Below are positions 49,712 to 60,494 of a DNA stretch of 64,000 bases, in pieces. The translations under genes were made by a program, and so were the position numbers. Source of the stretch: Carcharhinus amblyrhynchos (Eukaryota); assembly GCA_965287045.1 (NCBI GenBank), contig OZ336873.1:113398001-113462000 (forward strand), in the 5' to 3' direction. Every line of letters begins with the position of its first letter. The stretch's first letter is position 1. The notes beneath the pieces were generated by a model, which saw nothing but the letters and a program-made list of their open reading frames with translations, was not told the DNA's origin and did not search any database.

Positions 49712-50135
49712 AATCATAGAATCATAGTGACCCTACAGTACTGAAGGAGGCCACTTGGCCAATCAAGTCTGCACTGATCACAATCCCACTCAGGCCCTAT
49801 TCCCACAACCAGGCATTTTACCCTGCTAATCCCCCTGATATTAAGGGACAATTTAGCGTAGCGCGTGTACTATATTGTAGATGGTACACACGGCTGCCAC
49901 TGTGTATTGATGGTGGAGGGATTGAACGCTTGTGGAAGGGATAGCAATCAAGTGGGCTGCTTTATCTCCCTCCCAATCAACATAACCCGCACATCTTTGG
50001 ACTGTGGGAGGAAACCAGAACACCTGGAGGAAATCCATGCATACATGGAGTTAATGTGCAAACCCCACACAGATGGAGTTGAACCTGGAGCCCTGGCATT
50101 GTGAGGCAGCATGCTAATCACTGTGCCACCTTGCT
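49712..50135 (-). mobile_element. V-SINE, CR1-type tail, with an internal ~105-nt insert
   Basis: Family match and a (GAATCATA)n tail. Confidence 0.78.
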
Positions 50136-50153
50136 GGTCCAAATTATTAGTAC

Positions 50154-50225
50154 CTCTCTGACAGGGAATTGAACCCCAGTCTCCCGCATGACAGGCAGGA
50201 ATACTAACCATTATACTACCAAGGA
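50154..50225 (-). tRNA. tRNA-Asp(GTC)-derived sequence, probable pseudogene
   Basis: Minus strand reads TCCTTGGTAGTATAATGGTTAGTATTCCTGCCTGTCATGCGGGAGACTGGGGTTCAATTCCCTGTCAGAGAG (72 nt). Anticodon GTC; CpG-to-TpG changes weaken the acceptor and T stems. Confidence 0.8.
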
Positions 50226-50654
50226 TTGGAAAAGTGCTGCCTAAGGAACCTTGGTGAGTTCCTGCAGTGCATCTTGTAGATGGTACACATGGCTGCCAAT
50301 GTGCGTTGATGGTGGAGGGATTGAACGTTTGTGGAAGGGGTAGCTATCAAGCGGGCTGCTTTATCTTCCTTCCAATCACCGCTATTCCAACAGTCTCCCA
50401 CATTTTACCTAAGGTTATCCAAAGTTCTGTTGCTCCTGTTTTAACTTGCATCAAGTTCCGTATCCCCATTGCCCCTATGCTCTTTGATCTATATTGATCC
50501 TGCAAAATCCCAATGTATCATGGGAGTATTATAAAAGAAGATTTTGACACCAAACCACTTAAGGCGATGTTGGGCCAGGTGACCAAACGTTTGGTCAAAG
50601 GCTTTAAGAATGCCTTTAAGAGGGATAGAGAGGTCGAGACGGGAAGAGGTGTAA

Positions 50655-50916
50655 ATCCAACCAGAAATACACCCATTTATCCCCACTCCTTGCTTTCTGT
50701 TAGTTAACAAATCCTCTATTATGCTAAGGCATTTCCTGTAATACTGCGCACATCTATCTTATGCAGCAGCCTTTTGTGTGGCACCTTGTTGAATGCTTTC
50801 TGGAAATCCAGATACACCACATCCACCGGCTCCCCATTGCCCACCCCACTTGTAACGTCCTCAAAGAATTCCAGTAAATTAGTTAAACATGACCTGCCTT
50901 TCATGAACCCATGCTG
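50655..50916 (-). mobile_element. CR1 RT fragment
   Basis: KGRSCLTNLLEFFEDV...YLDFQKAFNKVPH. Confidence 0.85.
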
Positions 50917-51179
50917 CTTGTGGCCTCAGCCAGTGGTTTAAAGTCAAGATGTTGCTTGGGAATCGGTGTAGGTCAGTAAGCACAGGGAGGGGTGTCTGGG
51001 AACCGGGACTTGCTGCGAATTAGAGAATGAGCAGCAGAGTTTTAAATGATCTCAAGTTTACAGAGGGTAGAATATGGGAGTCAGCCAGGAGGGTGTTGGG
51101 ATGTCAAAGGGGGTCAGGGATAGAAGTGGGGATGGGAAGATGGGGTGTGGCACAATGGCCCAGGTCCCTAGGACTGTGA

Positions 51180-51452
51180 GACAGTGATTAGCACTGCTGC
51201 CTCACTGTGCTAGGGACCTGGGTACAATTCCCAGCTTGGGTCACTGTCTGTGTGAAGTTTGCACGTTCTCCCCATGTCTGTGTGGGTTTCCTCTGGGTGC
51301 TCTGGTTTCCTCCCACAGTCTGAAAGACATGCTGGTTAGGTGAATTGACCTGAATAGGTGCTGGAATGTGGTGACTTGGGGAATTTCACAGTGATTTCAT
51401 TGCAGTGTTAATGTAAGCCTGCTTGTAACTGATAAAAAAACTTTTTTACTTT
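51180..51452 (+). mobile_element. V-SINE, alternative tail
   Basis: Family match; a second copy lies at ~51893-52130 (+). Confidence 0.82.
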
Positions 51453-52277
51453 ACATTAAGATGGGAAGTGTTCATATGACATTTTACAATGCCAAACTGT
51501 GACCCAAGAAGTAAGGGTGATTGTATGTCACATGAAAAATTATGAATATCAATTTAAAAGCAAAGTACTGTGGGTGATAGAAATCTGAGATGAAAATGTT
51601 AACTCTGTTTCTCTTTCCACAGATGCTGCCAGATGTTGTGCTGAGTCTTTTCAGCCTTTTTAGTATATATCACAAATGTCAATGGATAGATTACATTTCA
51701 GTTTACATTTTATGGTTAGCAATGTGACATTTAAGAAGTTTTCTCACTTTAACACAAACTCTTTCTTCAGCATCAAATTTTGGCTGGGTCAGCAGGGCTG
51801 AGCATTTTTTTAGAACCTGTCAGCAACTGTTCGTCCCCCGCCGCATCCCTCCCCGTCAATGAAAACAAAATTGTTTAAGGCTGAAGAAGCGTGCAGCACA
51901 GTAGCACAGAGGTTAGAGCTGCTGCTTCACAGTGTCAGGGACCTGGGCTCAATTCCCAGCTTGAGTCACTGTCTGTGTGGAGTTTGCATGTTCTGCCCCT
52001 GTGTGTGGGAGTGCTCCGGTTTCCCCCCACAGTTTGACTGACGTATTGGTTAGGTGAATTGACCCAAATAGGCGCTGGAGTGCGGCAACTAGGGGAATTT
52101 CACAGTAACTTCACAATAACTTCATTGCACTTTGAGTGGCCAGAACCACAACGGATGAGCTGAGTTGAATAGGCGTAAAAGGTGCGACTGTAAAGGAATT
52201 TGGGTTCAAGAAAACTTGGGTGACACTCAAGTCTTCAAAGAATGGAGGAATTACTGCGGCTAAAATCAATCCAGTTG

Positions 52278-52296
52278 TGGCCACTAGGTGGAGGCA
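52278..52296 (+). promoter_or_regulatory. Candidate CTCF site
   Basis: TGGCCACTAGGTGGAGGCA resembles the CTCF core TGGCCAC(C/T)AG(G/A)(G/T)GGCGC, in unique CpG-retaining DNA. Confidence 0.45.
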
Positions 52297-52769
52297 GCCT
52301 CCGTCGTGCGCTTCCACATTATAAAATCAGTGGTGAAGACAATCCAATTACTTCCTCACTGTGATCTCCAGCGTGTGGCGAAGAGATAGAACGACTACAA
52401 TCGCGACCTGCTTATCGGCCAGACAATGCAATTCCGCAGCTTGATTTCACATTCCACTGTTCCTCAGCGAGGAGAGACTGTCGCAAAGCTATTGGAGACA
52501 AGACAAATATACAGGGCTCAGCACAAGCTGCATTAGCGGAGTCCTGAGCTTCAATTACTGCGTTCAGTTTGAAAACAAGTACGTGAAGGTCAGCATAATA
52601 GGGGCTATCAGAGGATTTCTTTGTATCGTATCAAAGGATTTTTTCCCCTCTTAACAAAAATCACAATGGCCCCTGTAAACAATGAAAAAAATATACAAAT
52701 GTTAAATATAATTTGTAATGATTAACTGCAGATTGCTTAATAAGCATATAATGATATTCCAGTCATTAA

Positions 52770-55700
52770 CCTCCCCACATCTCTTTAACCTGTGCTTAAT
52801 CCTCTCTCCACTCACATTGTCTGTACCTTTAAGACTTGATTATTTGTAAAGACTCGCATTCCAACCATTATCTTAAAGAACAAAGAACAAAATCAGCCCG
52901 GGAAACAGGCCCTTTGGCCCAACGAGCCCACGCCGCCATCTCAACACCACCAGTCCACCTCTCTACCCATGACCCCTATCTAACGTTTTATGGCCATCCA
53001 GATTGAGGGAAACTGATTTAGGGACAATTTATTCCTGCCAATCAGCCTAATAGCACATCTTTGGGGTGTGGGAGGAAACCGGAGCACCCGGAGAAAACCC
53101 ACGCAAGCACGAGGAGAATGCGCAAACTCCCACAGACACCGGCCCAAATCCATGTGTCTGCACAGCAATCAGAGATAGTCACTGAGCTGTTGTCTTGCCC
53201 AGTATCTTGTCCAGTTTAGGCACACACTAACGACATGAAGCACTAGGCCAATCTCAAACAACCAAGAGCAGCCCCAGTACGACCCATTGCGTGTATGCCC
53301 CTCGTTGGACACGAGGTGGACCGACTTAAACCCTGTGAATGAAAAGAGAAAAAACATTATTATCATACTATACCCATTTGCATTACCAGGGACGCCCCAA
53401 TGCTAATGACCCTTATTTAAAAGGTTCTCCTATATCCACCCATCTCCAACTCAGTCATGTGCCTGTCTAAGTTACTCTTAAAGGACTCTAGCATGTTTGC
53501 CTCCACCACCTTACTTGGCAGAGCCTTCCATACCTCCACTACCCTCTGTGTGAAAAACCTCCCTCTAATATCTGTGTTGTACTGCTCCCCCCTCACCTTA
53601 AGTCCATGGCCCCTTGTCCTACGTGTCTCTATTATAGGAAATAGCTTACCTCTGTTTACTCTATCTATACCCTTCATAATCTTATATACCTCTATTAGAT
53701 CCCCCCTCAGTCGGCATCTTTCAAGGGAAAAGAGCCCCAATTTCTTCAATCTTTCCTCATACCCCAGTCCTTCCATACCAGGCAACATCCTGGTAAACCT
53801 CATCTGCACTCTCTCCAGAGTCTCCACGTCCTTCTGGTAGTAAGGCGACCAGAACTGTATGCAGTACTCCAAATGCGGCCTAACCAACGTTCTGTACAAC
53901 TGCAACATTAGACTCCAGCCCTTATATTCTATACCCCTTCCTATAAAGGCTAACATACCATAGGCTTTCTTCACCACACTCTCCACTTGCACTGCCACCT
54001 TCAAAGACTTGTGCACTTGCACCCCCAGGTCTCGCTGCGACTCTATACACCTTACGGGCTTACCCTTTATCATATAACTTCCCCCTACATTATTCCGGCC
54101 AAAATGCATCACCTCGCATTTATCCGGATTAAACTCCATTTGCCATGTATCTGCCCAATCAACCAGCCTATCCATATCCTGTTGTATTGCCAGACACTGC
54201 TCCTCACTGCCCGCCAATCCAGCCATCTTGGTGTCATCAGCAAATTTGCTGATCACACCACCTACTCCCTCTTCCAAATCATTTATATACACTACAAAGA
54301 GAAGAGGTTCCAGTACCGAGCCCTGCGGCACACCACTAGTGACAGACCTCCAGCTAGAAAAAGACCCCTCCACAACTACTCTCTGACTCCTCTTTGCAAG
54401 CCAGTTCTCTACCCATCTAGATACCTGACCACATATCCCATGAGCTTTAATCTTCTGTACCAACCTACCATGAGGGACTTTGTCAAACGCCTTACTGAAA
54501 TCCATATAGACGACATCAACGGCTCATCCTTCGTCAACCGTTTTTGTCACCTCCTCAAAAAATTCTACCAGATCCGTAAGGCAAGACTTCCCCTTGACAA
54601 AGCCATGCTGCGTATCCTTAATCAGATCACAACGCTCCAAGTGGGCATACATCCTATCCCTAAGAATCCTCTCCATCAACTTACCTACCACTGACGTTAG
54701 GCTCACCGGCCTATAGTTACCTGGGCTATCCCTTCTACCCTTTTTAAACAATGGTACCACGTTCGCTATCCTCCAGTCCTCTGGGACCTCACCTGTGTCC
54801 AAAGAAGAGACAAAGATTCGCGTCAGAGGCCCAGCAATCTCATCCCTCGCCTCTCTAAGCAGCCTAGGATAAATGCAATCAGGCCCCGGAGATTTATCGG
54901 TTTTAATGCCCTCTAAAAGCCCTAACACTTCTTCCCTCGTAATCAATAGATCTTTCAATTGGTCTACCGCTCCCTCAGTGACAGTACTAGACATCAAGCC
55001 CCTCTCCTTTGTGAATACCGACGCAAAGTATTCATTCAGGATCTCCCCCATTCCCTCTGCCTCTAAGCACAATTCCCCACGTCTGTCCCTGAGAGGACCG
55101 ATTTTACCGCTAGCCACCCTTTTGTCCTTAAGATAGGAGTAAAACGCCTTTGGATTCTCCTTAACCCTACCTGCCAAAGCCATCTCATGCCCCCTCTTTG
55201 CTCTCCTAACTCCCCGTTTGAGATCCCTCCTACTCTCTCTGTATTCCTCCAACGCTCTTTCCGTTCCCAGCTACTTAGACCTGACATACGCCTCTCGTTT
55301 CTTCCTAACCAGGTCTTCTATATCTCTAGTAATCCACAGTTCCCTAATCCTACCTTTCCCATCCTTTCTCCTAACCGGCACATGCCTTTCCTGCACCCTT
55401 TGCAGTTTTCCCTTGAAAGACTCCCACATGCCTAACGTGGTCTTGCCTTCCAACAGCCTATCCCAGTCTGTATTCCTAAGCTCCTGCCTAATCCGGCTGT
55501 ATCTAGCCTTCCCCCAATTTAGCACCCTCCCCTTAGGACAGCTCTCATCTTTTTCCATTCGTATCCTAAAGTAGACGGAGTTGTGGTCACTATTAGCCAC
55601 ATGTTCGCCTACTGCAACCTCAACCACCTGGCCCGGCTCATTTCCCAGAACTAAATCCAGTATCACCCCCTCTCTAGTCGGGCTATCTACATACTGTTGC

Positions 55701-56106
55701 AAGGATCCTTCCAATACACATCTTACAAATTCCTCCCCATCAGACCCCTCAGCTCTAAGCACCTTCCAATCCACCCCAGGGAGATTAAAATCTGGGGCGG
55801 ATTGGAAGGTGCCTAGAGCTGGGCACCCTATTCTTCCTACACTTATCCAAAATGTCCCTACATATACCCTCTTCCACTGCCCATGGGCTATCGGGCGGCC
55901 TATAGTACACTCCTAGCATAGTAATGGCCCCCTTCCTTGTAAATTGAGTTTGTGTCTGCATATGCCCTGTTGGTGAACACAGCTCCTCAATCCCTGAAGA
56001 AGGAGTGACACTCTGAAAGTTTATGCTACCAGATAAACCTGTTGGACTTTAACCTGGTGTTGTCAAACCTCTTACTGTGCTTACCACAATGCTGGCATCT
56101 CCACAT
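52770..56106 (+). mobile_element. Penelope-like repeat split by the CR1 insertion (arms ~52770-52874 and ~55936-56106)
   Basis: CCAACCATTATCTT and GTAAATTGAGTTTGTGTC appear to be one interrupted sequence. The right arm has CTGAAGAAGGAGTGACACTCTGAAAG and ATAAACCTGTTGGACTTTAACCTGGTGTTG; related pieces lie at 4130-4240 (-) and 41577-41668. Confidence 0.55.
52875..55935 (-). mobile_element. CR1/HER1-like LINE, ~3.06 kb, APE C-terminus + RT, long 3'UTR
   Basis: Three ORFs in one frame (55774-55271, 55252-54524, 54505-53417) separated by two stops; SDHN APE motif, FADD RT motif, (TTGTTCT)n tail at 52875. Confidence 0.95.
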
Positions 56107-56679
56107 TATTTTTAGCCTTGCACCAAGGACGTACGGACAGCCACTTCCCAGACCCACCTACAATAAGCCCATCAGATAAAATTGAAACACTACAAATTGT
56201 TAAGGACCATCAATGCCAGGAAAGGCTTTCAAATCTGGAATCTAATCTCAGATGTAATGTGCCAGCTGCTCCTCCCAAAGGTTTTGCTCTGGTTCCACAA
56301 TTTCTTTTATGGATATTCAAGTCATGATGGCAGCGTAACAACAGCTAACATTTTTGAAAGGAACCGTTGCTGACAGCTCCTGAGATGGGCTGTTAACTCG
56401 CTAAGTTGGTAAACGCAATTCCAGCAACAATGCCACAGCGTTTCAAATTGTGAATAAGAGCTGGGGATGCTGTCCCAGTGTCCTGGCTTAGTATTTATTC
56501 TTCAATCAATGTGTCTTAAAAATCAGCGTATCTGTAATGGTCAGATTGCCATTGCTGGTGCTTGCTGGGTGAAATTGGCTGCAGCACTTCTGACATTACA
56601 ACAGTGGCTACACATCTAAATTAATTAGTTGGTTGTAAATTTCTTTGGGGTGACCTCGAGAGTGCGAAAGAAAGCCATG

Positions 56680-57905
56680 AAAAGGTTATAAAGAAAAGTA
56701 AGAGCCTGAGGGTAAACTAGCTCAGAATATAAAAACATATAGTAATATTTTCTACAAATATATAAATTGAAAAAGAGGGGCTAAGATAACCATTGTCTCT
56801 AAAAGAATGAGAAGGGGGATTTAGTAATGGGAAACGGCCGAGGCATTGAACTGTCAGTCTTCACACTGGAATACACAAATAACATGCCAAAAATTGATGA
56901 CAAGTAGGCTATGGCAGGAAAGCTCTTAGAAACGATCATTATCATTAAAAAGGTAAAGGTGGGCAAGCTGATGGGACTAAAGGTAGACAAGTCTAACCCC
57001 GATGGAATGCTTCCCAGGGTACTAAATGAGATGCTGGGGGAAATAGCAAATGCAGCCATGGCAATTTATCAAAATTCACTGGACTCTGGGGTGGTTCTGG
57101 TGGAAAACAACAAACGTGATGCCGCTGAATGAAAAAGGAGGTAACTATAGCCCAGTTAGCTTAACTTCTGTAGTGGGAAAAATGCTTTAATTTATCATCA
57201 AGGAAGAAATAGCGAGACACCTGGATAGAAATTGTCCCATTGGGAAGACTCAGCATGAGTTCATGAAAGGCAGATCATGTTTAACTAATTATAAATATGG
57301 GCAGCACGGTGGCACAGTGGTTAGCACTGCTGTCTCACAGTGCCAGCTTGCGTCACTGTCTGTGTGGAGTTTGCACATTCTCCCCGTGTCTGCGTGGGTT
57401 TCCTCCGAATGCTCCGGTTTTCTGCCACTGTCCGAGAAACATGCTGGTTAAGTACATTGACCCAAACAGGCGCTGGAGTGTGGCAACAGGGAAAGCTTCA
57501 CAGTACCTTCATGGCAGTGTTAATGTAAGCCTTACTTGTGACCAGTAAATAAACTTTAATTTGCTGAAATTCTTTGAAGACGTTATGAGCTTGGTGGACA
57601 GTGGGGAACCAGTAGATGTGGTGTATTTGAATTTCCAGAAGACATTTGACAAGGTGGCACTCAAAAAGGCTGCTGCATAAGATAAAAGTGCATGGTGTAA
57701 CGGTAATGCATTAACATGGATGAAGGATTGGTTAACTAACAGAAAGCAAAGAGTGGGGATAAATGAGTGTTTTTCTGGTTGACGATCAGTGACTAATGGT
57801 GTGCCTCAGGAATCAGTGTTGGAACCACAATTGTTTACAATTTACATAGATGATTTGGAGTTGGCGATCAAGTAGTGTGTCAAAGCTTGTAGATGGCATT
57901 AAAAT
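56680..57905 (+). mobile_element. Decayed CR1 LINE ORF2 fragment with a SINE inserted at 57299-57558
   Basis: LMGLKVDKSNPDGMLPRVL, KGRSCLTN, and GGTGTGCCTCAGGAATCAGTGTTGG (GVPQ). Confidence 0.85.
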
Positions 57906-58267
57906 GTCACTAACGTGTCTCTAGATGCTTGCTCTCCTTGCTCAAGGCTCTCAACCAGCCCATCCTCTTGTGTCTGTTCCCTATTCCCCCAGGCTCCTGT
58001 TCCCCATTCCCCCATCCCCACTCCCCACCTCAGGCTCCTGTTCCCCCAGGCTCTCGTTCCCCCTTCCTCCCTTACCTGCTCTCCCCATCTCCCCCACCCC
58101 CAATGCTCCTGTTTTCTCCACCCTTATAAGAAAATTCAAATCTGACAAAGAATTTGCCTGAAATACGTAAGCTTACTGAGATTGACAGCTTTTGACACTT
58201 TGCAATGTCTCTCGGCTGTAAACGCGAAAGCAACTCCCCTGCGTTCCCTGGGTAGAGTGATAACCTT

Positions 58268-58603
58268 AGAACCCTACAATACAGAAGGAGGCCATTTGGC
58301 CCATCGAGTCTGCACTGATCACAATCCCACTCAGGCCTTATCCCTATATCCCTACATATTTTACCTGCTAATCCCTTTTAACCTACGCATCTCAGGACAC
58401 TAAGGGGCAATTTTAGCAAGGCCAATCAACCTAACCTGCACATCTTTAGATTGTGGGAGGAAACCGGAGCACCCGGAGGAAACCGACGCAGACACGAGAA
58501 GAATGTGCAAACTCCACACAGACAGTGACCCAAGCCGGGGATCAAACCCAGGTCCCTGGAGCTGTGAAGCAGCAGTGCTAACCACTGTGCTACCATGCTG
58601 CCC
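58268..58603 (-). mobile_element. V-SINE, full length, CR1-type tail
   Basis: Family match with intact A and B boxes. Confidence 0.88.
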
Positions 58604-59259
58604 AACCTTAATTGGCCCTTTTGACCCTGACTCTACAAACTGCTAAAGAATGCCTAAGGTCTTTATAGGACTATACGTATGCACTCTGGCTTTGCTCTTT
58701 CACTATGACAAGTGCTATCGTGATGAGATATTTCCTACAGAACTCTAGATGATAACTTGTTTTCCATCTGGAATTTAACTAATCATTCCGAATCGTACTG
58801 CCTCATTTCCTATTTCGAGGGCGGCTTGGCTGCCTAATTTCACAATGTGGCCACAAGAATAAGTCAATAGGCATGAATCATCTGATCTGCAACTTGTGCC
58901 CCAGCAGATGCTGATCAGTGCAGTCAGCTAAACTGTACTTTGACATATTAAACGCTAAGGTGTTCTGATAATCAACAATTGTAACCATTCCATCAGTTCT
59001 AGCTGCAGCACAAATTTACAAGCCACTCATAAGCATAAAAAAACGCAAAAGAGTTAACCGGATGAGATTAAACCAAATTTGAACCTGACCTACGTGGGTC
59101 TTCACAATGAGAGAGCTTAGACAGGGGAACACTCAACAACCATTTCTCTGCCCTGCACCTTCTGTACTGCAAGTGAGTCTTCTTCTTTTCCAAATACTGG
59201 AGGAGAGTAACAGCCGGAAATAAAGTCTCATTCCACTGCACATTGTTCTTACAATAATA

Positions 59260-59567
59260 AAAGCAAAATATTACTGGAACTCTGAAACAGAAGTAGAAAA
59301 TGCTGGATGAATTCAGCAGGTCTGGCAGCAAGCGTGCAGAGGGAAATAAAATTAACAGGCAGAATTTTACTGGCACGTCTGCCCGGATTTCATACAATCC
59401 CGTCTGAGGCCAATGGAGAATGCTGTTCTCCGAGCCTCGCTCGGCCCTGGAACCTGGGCAATATTTCGAGTATGTAGAAGAGTCATATGGACTCAAAATG
59501 TTCACTCCGTTTCCCTCTCTGCAGACGCTGCCAGGCTGGCTGAGTTTTTCTGGCATTTTCTATTCTA
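59260..59567. mobile_element. Palindromic MITE-like element of the same family
   Basis: GAAAATGCTGGATGAATTCAGCAGGTCTGGCAGC pairs with GCTGCCAGGCTGGCTGAGTTTTTCTGGCATTTTC. Half copies occur at ~4430-4540, ~49150-49230 and ~51560-51660. Confidence 0.7.
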
Positions 59568-59739
59568 ATTACACATTGTTTTTAAAAGAGTTTATAATAA
59601 TGTGTTATTATTATTCCTCCCAGGCATGTGGGCATTGTTGGCGAAGCTGACATCCCTCGGCAATATCCAATTTTCCTGAAAAGGCAAAAATGAAGCTCCT
59701 TGTTGCTCTGCTGGCAGTGGTTTGATAAAGTACAGTTCA

Positions 59740-60494
59740 TTTAATTAGTCGCAAGTAAGGCTTACATTAACACTGCCATGAAGTCACTGCAAAACTCCCC
59801 TACTCTGGCGCACCTAACCAGCAGATCTTTCAGACTGTGGGAGGAAACCGGAGCACCCGGAGGAAACCCACACAGACGTGGGGAGAACGTGCAAACTCCA
59901 CACAGACAGTGACCTAAGCCAGGAATCTATCTGGGTCCCTGGCACTGTGAGGCAGCAGTTCTAACCACAAGGCCGTCCAATACAGCTGAATTGTTTTGCT
60001 AGATCACATCAGAGGGCGGTTAAAAGGTAGCCACAATGACGTGGAATGAAAGCAGCATGTAGGTCAAACCCAATACAGATGACAGATTTCCTTCTCTAAG
60101 AATTTTAACAACAACAGCTTCAAGGTCACTGATACTGTATTTGTGCGCCCAGGCTTATTGTCAAAACTGAACTCAAATCATTTTGAATTGAATGATTAAA
60201 GTGCAGCTGTATTAATGTTTAATGTTTATTTATTAGTGTCACAAATAGGCTTACGTTAACACTGCAATGAAGTTACTGTGAAAATCTCACCACACTAAGG
60301 TTGAATTTAGCATGGCCAATGCACCTAACCAGCACATTTTTCAGACTGCGGGAGGAAACCAGAGCACCTGGAGGAAACCCACACTGACAAGGGGAGAATG
60401 TGCAGACGCTGCTCAGACAGTCACCCAAGCTGGGAAAAAATCTGGGTCCCTGTCACTGTGATGCAGCAGTGCTAACCACTGTGCCACCATGCCC
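59740..60494 (-). mobile_element. Two V-SINEs with the alternative tail (~59740-59970 and ~60222-60494)
   Basis: Family match. Another SINE head runs off the window at 63935-64000 (+). Confidence 0.82.

Noticed and set aside
53169-53366. Exon-like ORF with a good polypyrimidine acceptor on the - strand
   Set aside because: It lies inside the LINE 3'UTR and has no protein similarity that I can see.
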